Source: Marsupella aquatica
Lineage: Eukaryota; Plantae; Marchantiophyta
Assembly (NCBI GenBank): GCA_973895155.1
Contig: OZ316892.1
Span: 4,672,510 to 4,736,509, forward strand
Length of the DNA: 64,000 nucleotides
Reading direction: 5' to 3'
Positions within the stretch are counted from its first letter, which is position 1. Every line of letters starts with the position of its first letter. The notes beneath the pieces were generated by a model. It worked only from the letters and a program-made list of their open reading frames with translations. It did not search any database and was not told the origin of the DNA. Of this stretch, positions 1-12,990 are shown one piece after another. The position numbers were made by a program, and so were the translations under genes.

Positions 1-365
1 CCCGACCTTCGACTACTGCTCCCCCCTGGCCCTTCGACACTTTCTCCTCCCCCAGCCTTCCACTATTTCTCCATCTCCCCCGGCCCACTATTTCTCTCCC
101 CCAGCCTTCGACTATGTCTCTCCCCCAACCTTCGATAGTTGCTTCTCCCCGGGCCCTTCGACAATTTCTCCCCCCCGGCCTTCGACAATTTTCCGTCCCT
201 CCCCTGGCCTTCGATGATTTCTCCTCCCTCTCTTGGCCTTTGTTGATTTCTCCTCCCTCCCCCGGCCTTTGACAATTTCACCTCCTTCCCCCGGCCTTCA
301 ACAATTTTTGCTCCCTCCCCTGGCCTTCGCCAATTGCTTCCCCCCAGGCCGTTGACAATCCCTCC
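1..365. repeat. Degenerate C-rich tandem repeat, ~27-30 bp unit (consensus ~CCCCCGGCCTTCGACAATTTCTCCT)
   Basis: About a dozen copies of a GGCCTTCGAC/AGCCTTCGAC core separated by C/T-rich spacers; runs off the window start. Probably part of the Sola-like element downstream. Confidence 0.85.
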
Positions 366-1492
366 CCAAAATTAATTGCCTGCTGCGCTCTTAACACTCT
401 CCCGGGCGCAAACTCGCGAGCCAATTTTTGATCTTGCTGCCAAACTCCTAACCAAATTTCTTCCTCTGCCTTTCACGATTGATACTCCCTTCCACAAATT
501 GATCTGCGCCTCAACAGTCAGGCTCTTCCATTCCACTCCGAGCTTCCATTCCATTGCGAGATTAGATAGTTGCACCAGATGTTGGTCTGCCCCCGATTCA
601 GTGTGAAAATTTAGGGATTCAAACCAAGACTCAATTCAACTCCTGTTCAGACCACACCAATCACTAGGGGAAGAGCTTTCCACAGCACCAAGCCTCAGCC
701 CACCATAGCTCTTTGCCGTGCCTCCTTTCCCTTCGCACTTTGCAGATGCACGCCCAGACTCCAAGCAGCTGACAGTCCAATTTTTCTGAAACTTAGCAAT
801 TTCCAATTTTTGGGTTCATGAATTCATGAACCTTTCGCCACCTCCACTTCGGGAATTCCTGAAGGTGGGAACCCTTCATGAATTCATGAATGGGAATCAA
901 GTATCATTTTGAAAGAATCTAGATAAAAGTCAAAATTTGTACCCAAAATAACCAATACAATGGGGAAAAGAAATACAAGTAAAAACCAAGAAAAGGCCTA
1001 AAATAGGGGTCATCTAAGACATTTTTGGTTCCAATTGAATAGTCTGCAAAAACTGGAAAGAAAACATGAAGTAAATTTGACCAATCCATTACTGATACAC
1101 TATCTTAAGATTTTGGCACCAAAACATATGCTTTAAGTAAAAATAATAATTTTGACACCTTTGCTCACAAAATTTCAGGAGAAGACTTCAGGAATGAATA
1201 ACGCAAGTCTCCAAGAACTCTAATGAGTATTAGAAACCTGAAAACATAAGTAAACCTGTGAGATTTGGAGAAATAATAAACTACTTTCTCATGAAAGATT
1301 TCTTTCCTTGTCACTAATTCCTAATGAATGGCGTGGCACATTTCTTAATTTTTTTGCTAATTAATTTTTTGAGTTCTTTCCAAAACCTATAAAAGGGGCT
1401 TCTTATTCATGACTCTATCTCATTTCAATTTTTCAGTTTGAGTCAATTTGGTATTTTGGGTGTTCCCTTGTGATTTTGGTTCAATTTTTGAA

Positions 1493-4400
1493 ATGGCAGC
1501 CTGTTATGAGTCGGACGATTATTCGGATGGTATTTCGGATGATGTTTCCTTCCCGGATTGTCCTTGTACTGTTACTTCCCCAGATGCCCCTAGCAAAACC
1601 ACTATTTTGGAGATGCCTCCCCCAACTCCAATGAGTAAGTTGAAAGTCAAGGCTCTTAGTGTACCAAATAGTAAGCAAAAATTATTTGGTCCTAGTGTGA
1701 GTGAGCACTCTGAGTCTTCGGACTCATCTGAGAGTACAAGTCCCCCTGGCCGTCAAGTATTATCAAATCCTTCTCAAACTCGAGGTAAATTTGGTGTGCG
1801 TCCTGTTGGCCCTCAACATAGTGGAGAGCTGAAAAAAAGGACTCATGAATTCATGAAGGCCAGATCTGGAGATGTGCCAAAAAGGCCCAGTCAAAGCCCA
1901 AAAGTGGATTTTTGTGCACTGCGGGAAAGTCGTGGTGTGCAACATGCACCAATGAAAGAGAGTGAGTATTCTCGTCCTACATCTTTCAGATTTCAAGAAG
2001 GAGTGAGAGCGGAAACAAGGAGGCCTCTCGGAACTGAGACTAATTCGAACAAGGAGAGGATCAATTTGAGAAGATCTCCAGGGAACTTTGATCGTTTGGC
2101 TAAGGTTGGAAGCGGATCTAAGTTGGGATACAACAAGGGCAAGAAGAAGGTCTTTGAAGAGATTCCAAACAAGAGGGCAAGAGAGTCAACCGAAGGTGGT
2201 TTCGTTGGGGATTCAGATGGAAATCGATCAAACTCACTCCTTTTGAGAGTGAAGGAGGAGCCATTGAGTCCTCGAGGGCGGGTGAGGAGGGGTTTGTCTG
2301 CACACCAACTCAATAAACTTGTGGAGCTATCTTCTTCAATCGAAGAATCTTCTTCTGAGAGTGATGGAGAGCATGCAGAGAGAGTTATGATGGCTAATAA
2401 ACGACCGTAAAATCTCAGCTTGTGTGAAACAAAGATGACAGACGAGGATATCAAGAAGACAAATCGTAAGTACTGCTGTCAACGTCATTGTCTCCTGAGT
2501 CTTTCACCAAAACAAATTCGTGAAGCACGCTCAAAGTTTTTGAGGCAAAAATCTCAGGATCGATCTTTATCTTTGCAGTGGCTCATCAAGCAAGACGGAA
2601 ATGAAGAGGGGAGGTCCAATGTCACATACATGATTGGACAAAGAGATGTGTGTCGGAAAGCTTTCAAGATGGTCTTTTGTGTAGGAAATGAAAGATTGAA
2701 TAGGATCAAGAAGCTAGGCAATCAAGATCTTGCTTATCCTAGACCGGTTGGTCGACCTCAATCTGTGAGAACATTGGTATTGAGTTCTTGGTTGAAGTCT
2801 TTTTTTGAGACTCGTGTGGAGACTCTACCGAATAAAGATGTTTCACATTTGTCTGATAATTATTCCAAACTAGAAGTTTGGAAAATATATGATTCAAGCT
2901 ATGTGATCACTGATGAGTCATCCAAAATATCATATAGGCAATTTTTGAAAGTATGGTCCCAAGACTTTGGGCACGTGAAGATTCCTCCTGTGAATCGTTT
3001 CAGTGCTTGTGCGGACTGTGAGGAATTCAAAACTATTCGAGACAAAGGAGTCTCCGAAACTGAAAAACGTAAGTCATTTTCATTTTTGTTGTTTTGAACA
3101 TGTCTTTGTATTAGATTTGACAGGAAATCAATTGAGGAATGACTAAACATTAGGAATGAATTTCAAGTTAACAACTTTGCTCTACCATTTTTGGATTGAT
3201 TGCAGGGAGAGGAGAAATAATGTTACAAAAACATCTAGAGCAACAATCGAAAGAGCGGGAAAAACTAGCAAAGCATCGAAAGAAATGTTTCACAAACCCA
3301 GAAAAATATTTGGGAGTTGTGATTGACGGAATGGATCAAAAAAAGACTAGATTACCCCATTGGCCATGTCCTCCAAAATCCGTTGATGAGTCTTGTTTAA
3401 TCCAAATGCATGTGGTTGGTTGTCTTCTTTTCCACGGAGCACTATTTTCTAGGGTGTTCCTTAATTATCCAGTTCTCCATAATGATGGAAATCTTACCAT
3501 TACTATTTTACAAAGAGTATTCCTAGAATATCAAGAGAAGTATGGGGGCCTTCCACCAGTTTTTTACCTTCAGCTTGACAATACAAGTAGGGAAAACAAA
3601 AACAATTTACTTTTCACATATCTTCACATGCTGGTACAAAAAAAGGTATTTCGAAAAATCAAACTTGGATTCCTCTTAGTTGGACACACCCATGATCAAA
3701 TAGATCAGATGTTTAGTAGGTTCTCAAAAAGGCTTGGAAGATTTAAGGCCTTTACCTATGATAGTTTATGTAAGATTATTCGAGAATCTTACCAACCCCA
3801 ACCTGAAATTACCCTTTTAAATGAGACATACGATTTTTGAAAATTTTCTTTCTTAGAGCCTGCTTTGATCAGAGAGAGGATCCGAAATGTTACGTTTCAT
3901 CACCAGTATAAAATTTCTTTTGCTTGTGAAGATGATGAAGTTCCAACACAATGGGGGAAGAAATTTTCCACGGACACTGTTTGGAAACCAGAAGGAGGTG
4001 TTAAATTGTTGAAAGAAGACATGCCACCAAAGGTGATTGGGTGCTCTGATGGGATGCCACTTATCAAGAAAGGAGACAAGAAGCGAGATGACGGAAGGGC
4101 GGGAAATCAAGCTCATGTATCATCTTCAAGAAAAATGACCCTGTCCGAAATGGATGATTGTTTGAATGAAATTCAAAAAGGTATATTTGCAGCTCAGATA
4201 TTATTCTCGGAAGAAGAAGTTGTTTGGTGGACTTCTTTTTTTGAGGAACAAAGAGAATTCAATCGATTTCTCTTGCTTGAAGAAAGACCTTTGATCTCTC
4301 CATTTGAATGGCCCAAGGCACAAGGGGATACAAATGTTGAAGCTGATCTCGGAGCTGAACCTCTTACAACTATATTGAATGAGGAAGAAATTGAAGAGAG

Positions 4401-4953
4401 AGTGTACGGTCCAACTAGAGAAATTTATGTTGGTCCATATCGAAATCAAGAAAAGATAGATGCAGAGAAGGAGAATATGGAAGGTGATTTTTCGGATTTG
4501 GAAATCAACACATTTATTTCTGTGGCCGGAGAGAAGTCTGAATCATTTTGGGTGGCTAAAGTAGAAAAAATAGTTCTTTGCGATGAGGCTCACATCCCAA
4601 AGATTATCTCAGTTTTGTGGCATGCAGCAAAGAAAGGATCCGACCCTTGGAAAGGAAAATATCTGCCAGAAGTGTTGAGTTACGAGAAGAAAAAAAGTGG
4701 ACGAGGCAAGGGAACCTTGAAACCAGTTTGGTTTCATCAAGACCTTGATCTGTCTTCAACTACGGTCTTTGCATATAATTTTATGCTAACAAGGTCTGAT
4801 ACTCTTTACAAGAAAAAAATAGATCGTATTAAAATACGACTCTCAGAATTTCTCAAGGAGGAGAAAGACCAAGAAGGTGAAGGTAGCATAGTAAGAAATT
4901 ATCAACAAGAAACTTCAATGGAAGTTCCTCTCGAAATGAATGGTAGGAATTGA
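1493..4953 (+). pseudogene. Sola/DUF7869-type DDD transposase pseudogene (2 exons)
   Basis: ORFs 1448/2420 share one frame and 3196/3865 share another; a GT-AG intron 3069-3205 joins them in frame (EK|R RGEIM). Motifs CCQRHC, VCRKAF, CADC, IDGMDQ, LQLDNTSRENKN, VGHTHDQIDQMFS. In-frame stops at 2408-2410 (TAA) and 3838-3840 (TGA). TATA-like CTATAAAAG near 1388. Confidence 0.88.
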
Positions 4954-5631
4954 GATTTACCAATCTTAGCAATTTTGTCAAACAAGAGTATTTGCAATTT
5001 ATTATTATTTGAGTTGGTGGTAAACCATAAATGTTGTGAATGATGAATTCATGAATTCATGAATCATATTGAAAGAAGTTTGACATTTTGAGAATGTCCA
5101 TCGTGTGGGCAGTCTTGTTTGAGACATTCAAAAAATAAAATATCGACTAAAAGAGGTACCTTGTAGAATCTCATATATTTGGAAGCTTTTGATATATTCG
5201 TCATTCCCTTTGTGTGAATAATGGTTTTTCTTGGTAAATGAACCCTAGGATCCTACAAACTGCAAAATCCTTTGGAAATCTTGACCCTCTTTTAAAAACT
5301 TTACATAGTTGGGATGTCAATGAACTTTAGGGTGGTATTTCAAGGGTGAATGTGTTATTGAGCCGATTGAATGTGTGCAAGTAGTAAATTACAACATTGA
5401 AATATGTGGTATTTGATAATTAAATGTTTTCCACAACCAGTTTTGTGATTTTGAGTAGTCAAAATGATAGCCTATTTTGTGTTTTTTTGCAAGTTTTGAG
5501 TTTTGTCTAAAAAAAAGAGCTTGTTTTAGATGCAATTTTTGCCTTTTTCCATAATTTCAAGGTTTTTTATCATTAGTTCTTATACATTGGGCTTATTACC
5601 CATCCTTTAAGGCTTCGTGTTAGGTGTTCAA

Positions 5632-8600
5632 ATGTCCCGACAAGAACACAGATATACGGCCCCAACTTTGTTGTACAGGGCACTTACAGGAGGAGACGGG
5701 AATGATGACGTTGGAAGAAACGATTTGCAGGACCTGGATGTTGATGGGATTGGTCAGACGCTTCCCATGCAGTATGGTATCCACATAATGCCTCGAAGAA
5801 TACTGACCGTGGACGAAGCAATTTATCGACAGACTTGGAGATTACAATCAATGCTTGACGAGGCTAAAATGCCTCAGGCATTGCAGGATAGCATTTTGAA
5901 AATGCTATTCAGGAAGATTCAGATTCCCCCATCTACAAATTTGACACCTTCACCCGACCCTCCATCCGACATGGCAAATGTAGGACTGGGCGCACTCCTA
6001 AGGCACGCTGGTGTGACGTGGGACGGAGGACGCCATGGAATTGATGCATTGTCATCATTCAAGGGTTTGTGTGGCACGTTTGAGGCATATGGTATGCCAA
6101 AAATGCAGCGGTGGAGAATGTGTATTGGACAGAAGCCAAACTGGCATGCTCCCGTAGTCCTACCGCCGTCGCACCAAGATGACTACAATGTCCGAATTGG
6201 ATTGAAGTGCAGTTGTTCAATCGCAGGGACAAAGTGGCATCTAGCCAGGGATTGTTTGCGTTGTTCGGAACGTTGCCCATTGGATGGTTGCAGCACGGCT
6301 CACAAGGAGATGCTCCGGTTTGAATATTTCCCCATTGGTCCCCTGTTGCGGAAGTTATGTAGCAGTCGATCTGTTTGTCATGAGTTCCAGGCAATGTGGA
6401 GGGACAAAGATAAGTGGTTTAAGAAGGATTCCATGCCCAGACCTGTGTACAAGGAATGGTGGGACGGCTACCGTGCTTCCGAGCTATCCTACTTTTGGGA
6501 CACTGGCACACAGTTTGAGATTCCCGTGTTATGCCGAAACTGTTATGCTTGCTATTCAACAACACCAAATAAATGTCCTGAGTTGTTGGATACTGCCAAC
6601 TGGGATAATGTCAGTAAACAATACAACTTCCAATGCTCAGATTGCGGATCTCGAGTCACGGCCCCGAAACAATTTGCAAAGGTTAGTGATTTCTTCTTGC
6701 GTTACTGTTGTTGCGCACTTTTGTATGACCAGGGTATGGTCTGGGTATTTTTAGGGTATTTATGGGTTATGATAGAGTAACTTTTGTCTAACTAGTGTGA
6801 CCCACCGCATGCAGGGTGATCCCCGAAATATTGCACTCATGGCACACTGGATGGATTTCAGTCTGCCAAGACTGCCCACAAAAGCACCTAGACTGTAGAG
6901 GTCCAAGTTTTAAGCGCCGGGTCTCAAACCAAAATTCCACCTATCCCTGTTCTTTTTATCCCGCCATGTGATGACAACGACATAGGAAAAAAAAAGCTGA
7001 AATGCTTGGATGCTTTCTTAGAACCATTCATAAGAGAACTGGAGGAGTTGTTTGTGGATGGGATAGAGGTGGATTACAATTACCCTGTGGAATTATTGGC
7101 TGAAGAGGATAATGTACCGAATGACTCCAGGTGTGTGCTACGAGCACTGTTAGCAGTTTTCACTGGAGATCATCCCGCACAATGTAAATTTGGGGGCTGG
7201 AATGTTACAGGTTATTCCGCTTGTAGGAATTGTAAAATGAGCACTCGATGGATGAAGTGCAAGTTTGATCATCCTCGAAAGGAGACTGACCAATCACAAC
7301 CCCGAGGTTTTCTGGGAAGGGTTGTGTATGACAACAATAGGATGCAGATGAGATATCCACCACCTACACGGAAAATTGAAGAGGTGAGGGAGGCGGCCAG
7401 GAACATGACCAGGGCAGGAACAACTGCAGAGAGGATGAAGATAAGCAGGGAGTGCGGGATTTCAAACATGACCAGGGCTTGGCGATTACATGAGCTTACT
7501 AGATTTTGTTTGAGCAAGGATCTGGTGTATGATACAATGCATATCCTTGCCTTGTGCCTTTTCAAGAAATACTGCGAGCTTCTAGTTTCGAGTGTTCCCC
7601 GTCAACATCAAAAACAGTTTGAAGATGCTCTGGAGGAGGTTACTGCTAGGAAACCGAGAGGTTTTGATGGAAGGTGGCCTAAACAACCTTTTGAAAGATT
7701 GGGATACTTCAAGGCTGAAGAGTTCACGCGATTCATATTGTATTGTTTGCCTTATATCCTCCAACAGATGGACATTAGTGTCCACTCTGACCTTGGGACG
7801 CTTGGGATTCTTTTGGTAGAGATTGCACGCCTCTTTTATATCAGAAGTAGACAAGAGGGTTGGACTACAGCCACATTGAAAAAAGGCAGGTCTCTACTGG
7901 CTTCTTGGAGAGTTCGCTCAGAAGAGGCTTGGGGCCCAAATGGAGCAATTCTAGAGCATGTTGCTGGTGAGTCATTTTTTTTACACTTGCTACATGACCA
8001 TGATGACAGTGGGTATTCATTGTTGGTCGATCCATCATTGCACTGAGGTGATGTTCTAATCCCAATGTGTTTTGATCCCAATTTTTAGGGAGCGGAGAGA
8101 TATTTGATGGGATAGAACGACATGGCCCACACTATGTTTATTGGTGCTACCACTTCGAGAGGATGGTATCAGACTATGGACGCACCAGAACAAATCAGAA
8201 GGACCAGGAAGTCACTTATTCTCTTCATTTTGCACGACGCTTTTTCACAAAAATATCGTCATACATTTGGGAAGATGACGATGGACTTTTCCCTCATCAG
8301 AGGGCTTTGGAGAAAGTATACTTGCGGAGCATCGTAAGGAGCACAGGTGCAGAGTCACTGTACCACCATCTGAATGCCCACACTAGCACGAGAATTCGGT
8401 GCCAATAGTTTCAAGTCAAATTCTAGCGATGGAATTGTGGGATAGTATGATATCCTCTGTGGAGTCATATGGTTGCAAGCACATGTTGTTGAGCAAAGGG
8501 GTTGGCATAGGCTCAAACAGGAAGCTGACAAAGAAACTGGGGCTGTCCGCCAGGATGTCATTGAAGCAGCATTGGACAGATGTTGGAGTATTCAACATCA

Positions 8601-9454
8601 GTGAGGACCACGAAATTAGTGAATCTTGCACTCCATTGCGATCAGCTGTGTGGAGAGCTGAAGTGTACAGGCCTGGCGATCACGTTGTTGTACTGGTAGA
8701 TGGGAGTACAGATGCTTCACATCCTCAAAACTGGAAAGCAGTACTCCAAAAGATTTTCATGCATGAATTCGATGGCCACATGGACATATTCTTTGAGGCG
8801 GATTGGTACAAACAACAGTATACACAGGATCCTCGGCGAAATTTACTGTCTTGGGAACGAGATGAGTATTCCCTATTTACTCTTTTGGAACCAAAAGTAT
8901 ATCATGCACATGGCAACAACTGTAGGCCTATGTCAAGAATTCTACACAAGTTCTTCCCAATTTGAAGAGGCGGGAGGGAGGTTGTAGCCTTGGAGATTGG
9001 AGATACTTTAGTACGGAAACTCCCTACCACAATTGCAAACTGCCCTCCTTTCCCAGAGGTAGGGGACATAATGATTGCAATAGCGGACTCACTTTCCATC
9101 CCTGACATGTGTGTTGTAAGGGAAGTCCTCCTTCCCAGGCGCGATGCGGCAACGGAAATGCAAGCGGGGGATGTAGGAGTGGTCGGTGCTTCTGACGGGG
9201 AGGAGGAGGAGGAGGAGGAGGAGGGAGGGGATGACATGGTAGAATCGCACAATGCAAATGATAATGAGAAGGACCTCGGGAAGGTTGGTGTGAGCTGGTT
9301 GTCTGTACAGGGTTCTCGGTCAAGTTGCCCAATCTACAAGGCAGCGTCACAAATTGATGAACACATCACCTTTCAAAGATTAGTTGCGTTGAGGCTTGAT
9401 TTTCGTGCAATTGGACTTCACCATGGTATCCCTGTACGGTGGAATACCGTATAG
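5632..9454 (+). pseudogene. Divergent CACTA/CMC (Transposase_21-like) transposase pseudogene with C-terminal BAH-like domain
   Basis: Motifs YFPIGPLL, GDPRNIALMAHW-DGF (1-bp frameshift near 6850), FLEPFIRELEEL, VFTGDHPAQ, ACRNC, YDTMHILAL, GYFKAEEF, HGPHYVYWCYHFER, then YRPGDHVVV...WKAVLQKIF...FEADWY (BAH-like). GT-AG introns ~6682-6813 and ~7967-8088. Stops or frameshifts near 6888, 8400 and 8963. Confidence 0.82.
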
Positions 9455-10203
9455 TAATACCATGGAAAGTCCCAAGTACGACAAAAAGGAAGATACTATG
9501 GGATATGACAACACTTGAGAGGCGCCGTTTTGTCAATAACTGAATACTGACCAGGATGCAGACCGTAGGATGTGTGAGATGCAGGTCAGACGTGAGCCTG
9601 TGATGGTGACGCTATGGTGCTTCGCACGGGGTATGATCGGGGACGGCACGGGTCACGAATATCATTGGATTCTGGGTCGGACGTGACATAATGGATGGGT
9701 ATTACCAGGTTACTTGGGAACGTGATAAAATGTACGTTGGGGTAGTGAAAGGGCGGTGCCACCGATCGGAGACAGAATCTTTGTTGTGAGATCTACTACT
9801 AAAACTGCAGTGACTAAATGATGCATGCCACTGCGCACATGAACGCCCTATGAGGAATTCCTTATAAGCTTTGGGCAATGGTGCGAGCTCCTGAGCTCCA
9901 GTCTTTGATTGTGTAGGTTTCGTAGATCTTTGTGGCTGACAAGTCTGCCATTGGATAACACTTGGGGTGTTAGCGACGGAAGCAAGTATCGACGAGCGCG
10001 GGGTGACGTTGGAGGATTGGTGAAAGTATGGTTCGTTGACATGATCGTCCAGCACCGGTTGCATTGTTGATGCAGAGCGACGAGGATATCACAGATCGTA
10101 TGTACCCCTCTTTCACTCAACTCCTTTGGTTCTTAATTCCGCATGAAGTATATTGATCGATTGTTAGAATGGCGCAACTAAGGCCTGCTTTGTTTGTACA
10201 GTC

Positions 10204-11332
10204 ATGACGGAGACGATTTGGAAGTCATGCTCGGGGAGGGTAATACGGCATTATCTAGGGATGGCCCCTGCAGACCATAATTTAGCTAGAAAAGCTGGTT
10301 TGGTTCCATGTTTTGAACTCGACTGGCCCAGAGTTGCAATTCCTGCTGTAAAGGAGTTCGCAGTAGGGTATGATCAAGGTCAAAACTGTGTGTCATTCCG
10401 GGGTGCAACTCACACATTCAACAGAGAGGTATTGCGAGCTGCATTTGCTTTTCCGTCTGGAGAATGGGCCCGATTTAAACCTGGGTTGGTCCAAGGTCAA
10501 CTAAATTCCATGTTTTCTGCCAAGATGAAAGGCAACCCATACAGTCTAGACAAAATCACTGCGCCATATATGCAGTGGTGTGGGATAATCAGGGCGATTT
10601 CTGAATTGCTCTCAAGCAAGAGCAAACCCACTCAAGTCACCTCAAAAGACATGTGGGTATACTGGGCGTATTGGTGGGATACGATTAGGGTACGTGATCG
10701 TTTTAGAGGAGCTGAAACTCCCGTGGTGAAGCCCGATTGGGCACATTTGGTGTACGATAATCTGACGAGTGAGATCCTCAGGTTAAAGTCACACCTATCG
10801 AAGAATGGTGTCGTAGACAAACGACTTCCTTGCTACTGTGGCACTGCTATAACGCAGATTCTTGTACACTACGGGTATTCGTTGGAGGAGCTTATGGTCG
10901 AACAACACGAAGATGATCATGAGGAGGACGACAAGGAGAAAGGGGACAATGGCTCACAAGAGGACGAGGAAGGGGAGGCTGGCTCAAAAGAGGACAAGGA
11001 CGGGGACAGTGGCTCACAGGAGGACGAGGAAGGGGATGACGGATCACGAGAGGACGAGGAAGGAGAAGATGGCTCACGAGAGGACGAGGAAGGGGATGGT
11101 GCGTCTGACGGTGAGGGGCAGCCATCGGAGGTTGCGCCCCAATTCTCCAGGGATGAACAGAAATGTCCTCAGGGTGAGCACAAATCGCCGCCCTCTGTGC
11201 CAGAGTGCATGCGTGTTCTATCACAGCACATACGTGCGCTAGAGGTTGATCTTGCAGAAAAATCGGAATGCTACGAGAAGCAGTGGAGAATCATAAAAAA
11301 TTGGTCCTCGATTTGATGAAAGAAAACGACAG
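10204..11332 (+). pseudogene. 5' part of the SNF2-RING helicase gene that resumes at 24422 (split by the 11333-24417 insertion)
   Basis: 370-aa ORF with an acidic tandem repeat. After a 1-bp frameshift near 11265 it reads AVENHKKLVLDLMKEND and, with the insertion removed, continues RQRVRILELERQVG in frame with ORF 24444. Confidence 0.75.
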
Positions 11333-11473
11333 ATCAACCTATTCATTAAAAGTGTATTTTCTTTTGTTCACAAATGAGTCTTGAAATGTACACTTTCATG
11401 TCCCCAAATGTACACTTCAAGACACCCAAATGTACACTTTTGTGTCTCTAAATGTACACTTTATAGGCCAAAT
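11333..11473. repeat. Left TIR (11333-11358) plus subterminal AAATGTACACTT repeats
   Basis: TIR is the reverse complement of 24392-24417; four AAATGTACACTT copies between ~11385 and 11462. Confidence 0.9.
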
Positions 11474-11714
11474 CACATTAATATTATATTAATAAATAAT
11501 ACATATTATATTATTTAATAACTCACATAGAAATGGAGGATAAAAATTTATAAAGTTATTTCATCCCCATTTAAGGACCAGATATTCTGTGAACAAAATA
11601 ATATCATTCCAAATAGATTATAAAATATCTTTATACAATTATCTGCAAATTTACATTGAATACGAACATGTTTCTAGTACTATCCAAGGGGCTTAACACA
11701 AGTCAATTAAATAT

Positions 11715-12930
11715 CTAAACCAAGTGCTCCCTACAATGTGTATTTGAGCATGTGCCCCTGTCTCCTTTCCTATCTACCCTATTGTCACGGTTGCAACTCA
11801 CTTTATTTTCAGGGAGTTGAAATCTGGTGGTGTTGTTCCTAATGGCTATAATCTCCCGCAAAAAGTGTCTGGGATTTTCTCTATATGGACCTGAATAATC
11901 CTTTCCTAAAAATGATTTAGCAAGTGAGTTGACAAGTGCATTGTCAAGTTCCACCTCAGGACGTAAACTACATATACGGTGCTTTACATTCCAAGGGATC
12001 TCATTACTGTTGAGGTCCAACACACTATGTGTAAACTGTGACTTCCAAATTTTTGCTGCAAATCTCTTGCTAAGTTGATCATAAGTAATCTCATTTTTTG
12101 CCTTGTCTCTCTTCATGTGCAAAAGAGACCACTTTGGAGAGTTGAGAAGAAGATAGCATCGAATGTCACTTGCATGTGATAGTTTCTCAAGACATGGCCA
12201 AAGAATTGCTAGAAGAAAATTATCTCCACGATTGGCATGCGTGTAGGGCACTGGAAATAATCCGGTCATGTCTGGGTTGGCAAATGCCTTAAGGGGGGAG
12301 TCATCCACAAGGAGGGTGTTGGTTTCATCATATAGATTTCCAAATGCATTCCATACCACCTGAAAATCCTTCAGTAGCACATTTGCCTTTCCGTTTGTAA
12401 TGTCACGCCTTTGAATGCCTGTGTCAAAGGCTTCCACCTGTGTGAATACAAACTTAAGTTTCAACCGCTCCTCAACAGTGAACATCATGTTCAGCATTTT
12501 CACTGTTCGTTCTACCCCAGCACAAGTCCAAATTGCAACGTCAAATCTGTCAAAAACCAACTTTAGAAACTCATGGAGCCCTGGTCGTTCTGTATACATG
12601 CGACTAATACCATTTTTTCTATCCCAATGCACTCCACTTGAGGTGACAATATTCCTGGATGTGCCCTTGTTTTGGAATTCAATAGAATCCCAAAGTATTT
12701 TATTAAGGTCCAAAATCAGCAACTTCCGCTTGACGGGACCAGGTCTCGATTCTGCAAGTGCACCAAACACCATTCTCAGAGAAAAGACCAAAAGTGAACT
12801 TTGGATTAGGATTGTCTCAGTCCAAAAATACAACACAATGGCTGACAAAAACGAAAATTAACCTACATACCGTTTTTAGAAGCCTCACAATGTGTAGACG
12901 GATATGGAGACTTTAATTGGTGAGCCCATT
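11715..12930 (-). CDS. FCP1/NIF-family HAD phosphatase-like domain (probably terminal exons of the 18151-start gene)
   Basis: KLLILDLNKILWD (DxN variant of HAD motif I), RPGLHEFL...FDVAIWT, NTLLVDDSPLKAFANP. A 60-bp exon 12930-12871 (GTATGT donor) splices in phase to 12751-11715 and has no ATG of its own in frame. Confidence 0.8.
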
Positions 12931-12990
12931 CTGTGAGACCGAGAAGTATTTTAGATTGATATGAATAAATAGAAAGTCAAAGGCTGAATT

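Larger units (their letters stand above)
1..5610 (+). mobile_element. Partial, decayed Sola/DUF7869-type DNA transposon (left end outside window, right end approximate)
   Basis: Contains the transposase pseudogene 1493-4953, a repeat array and recurring TTCATGAATTCATGAA palindromes. The AT-rich tail changes to CACTA-like coding sequence near 5610. Termini and TSD not identified. Confidence 0.5.

Noticed and set aside
63-606. Short ORFs at the window start
   Set aside because: Derived from the C-rich tandem repeat and adjacent non-coding sequence; no domain evidence.
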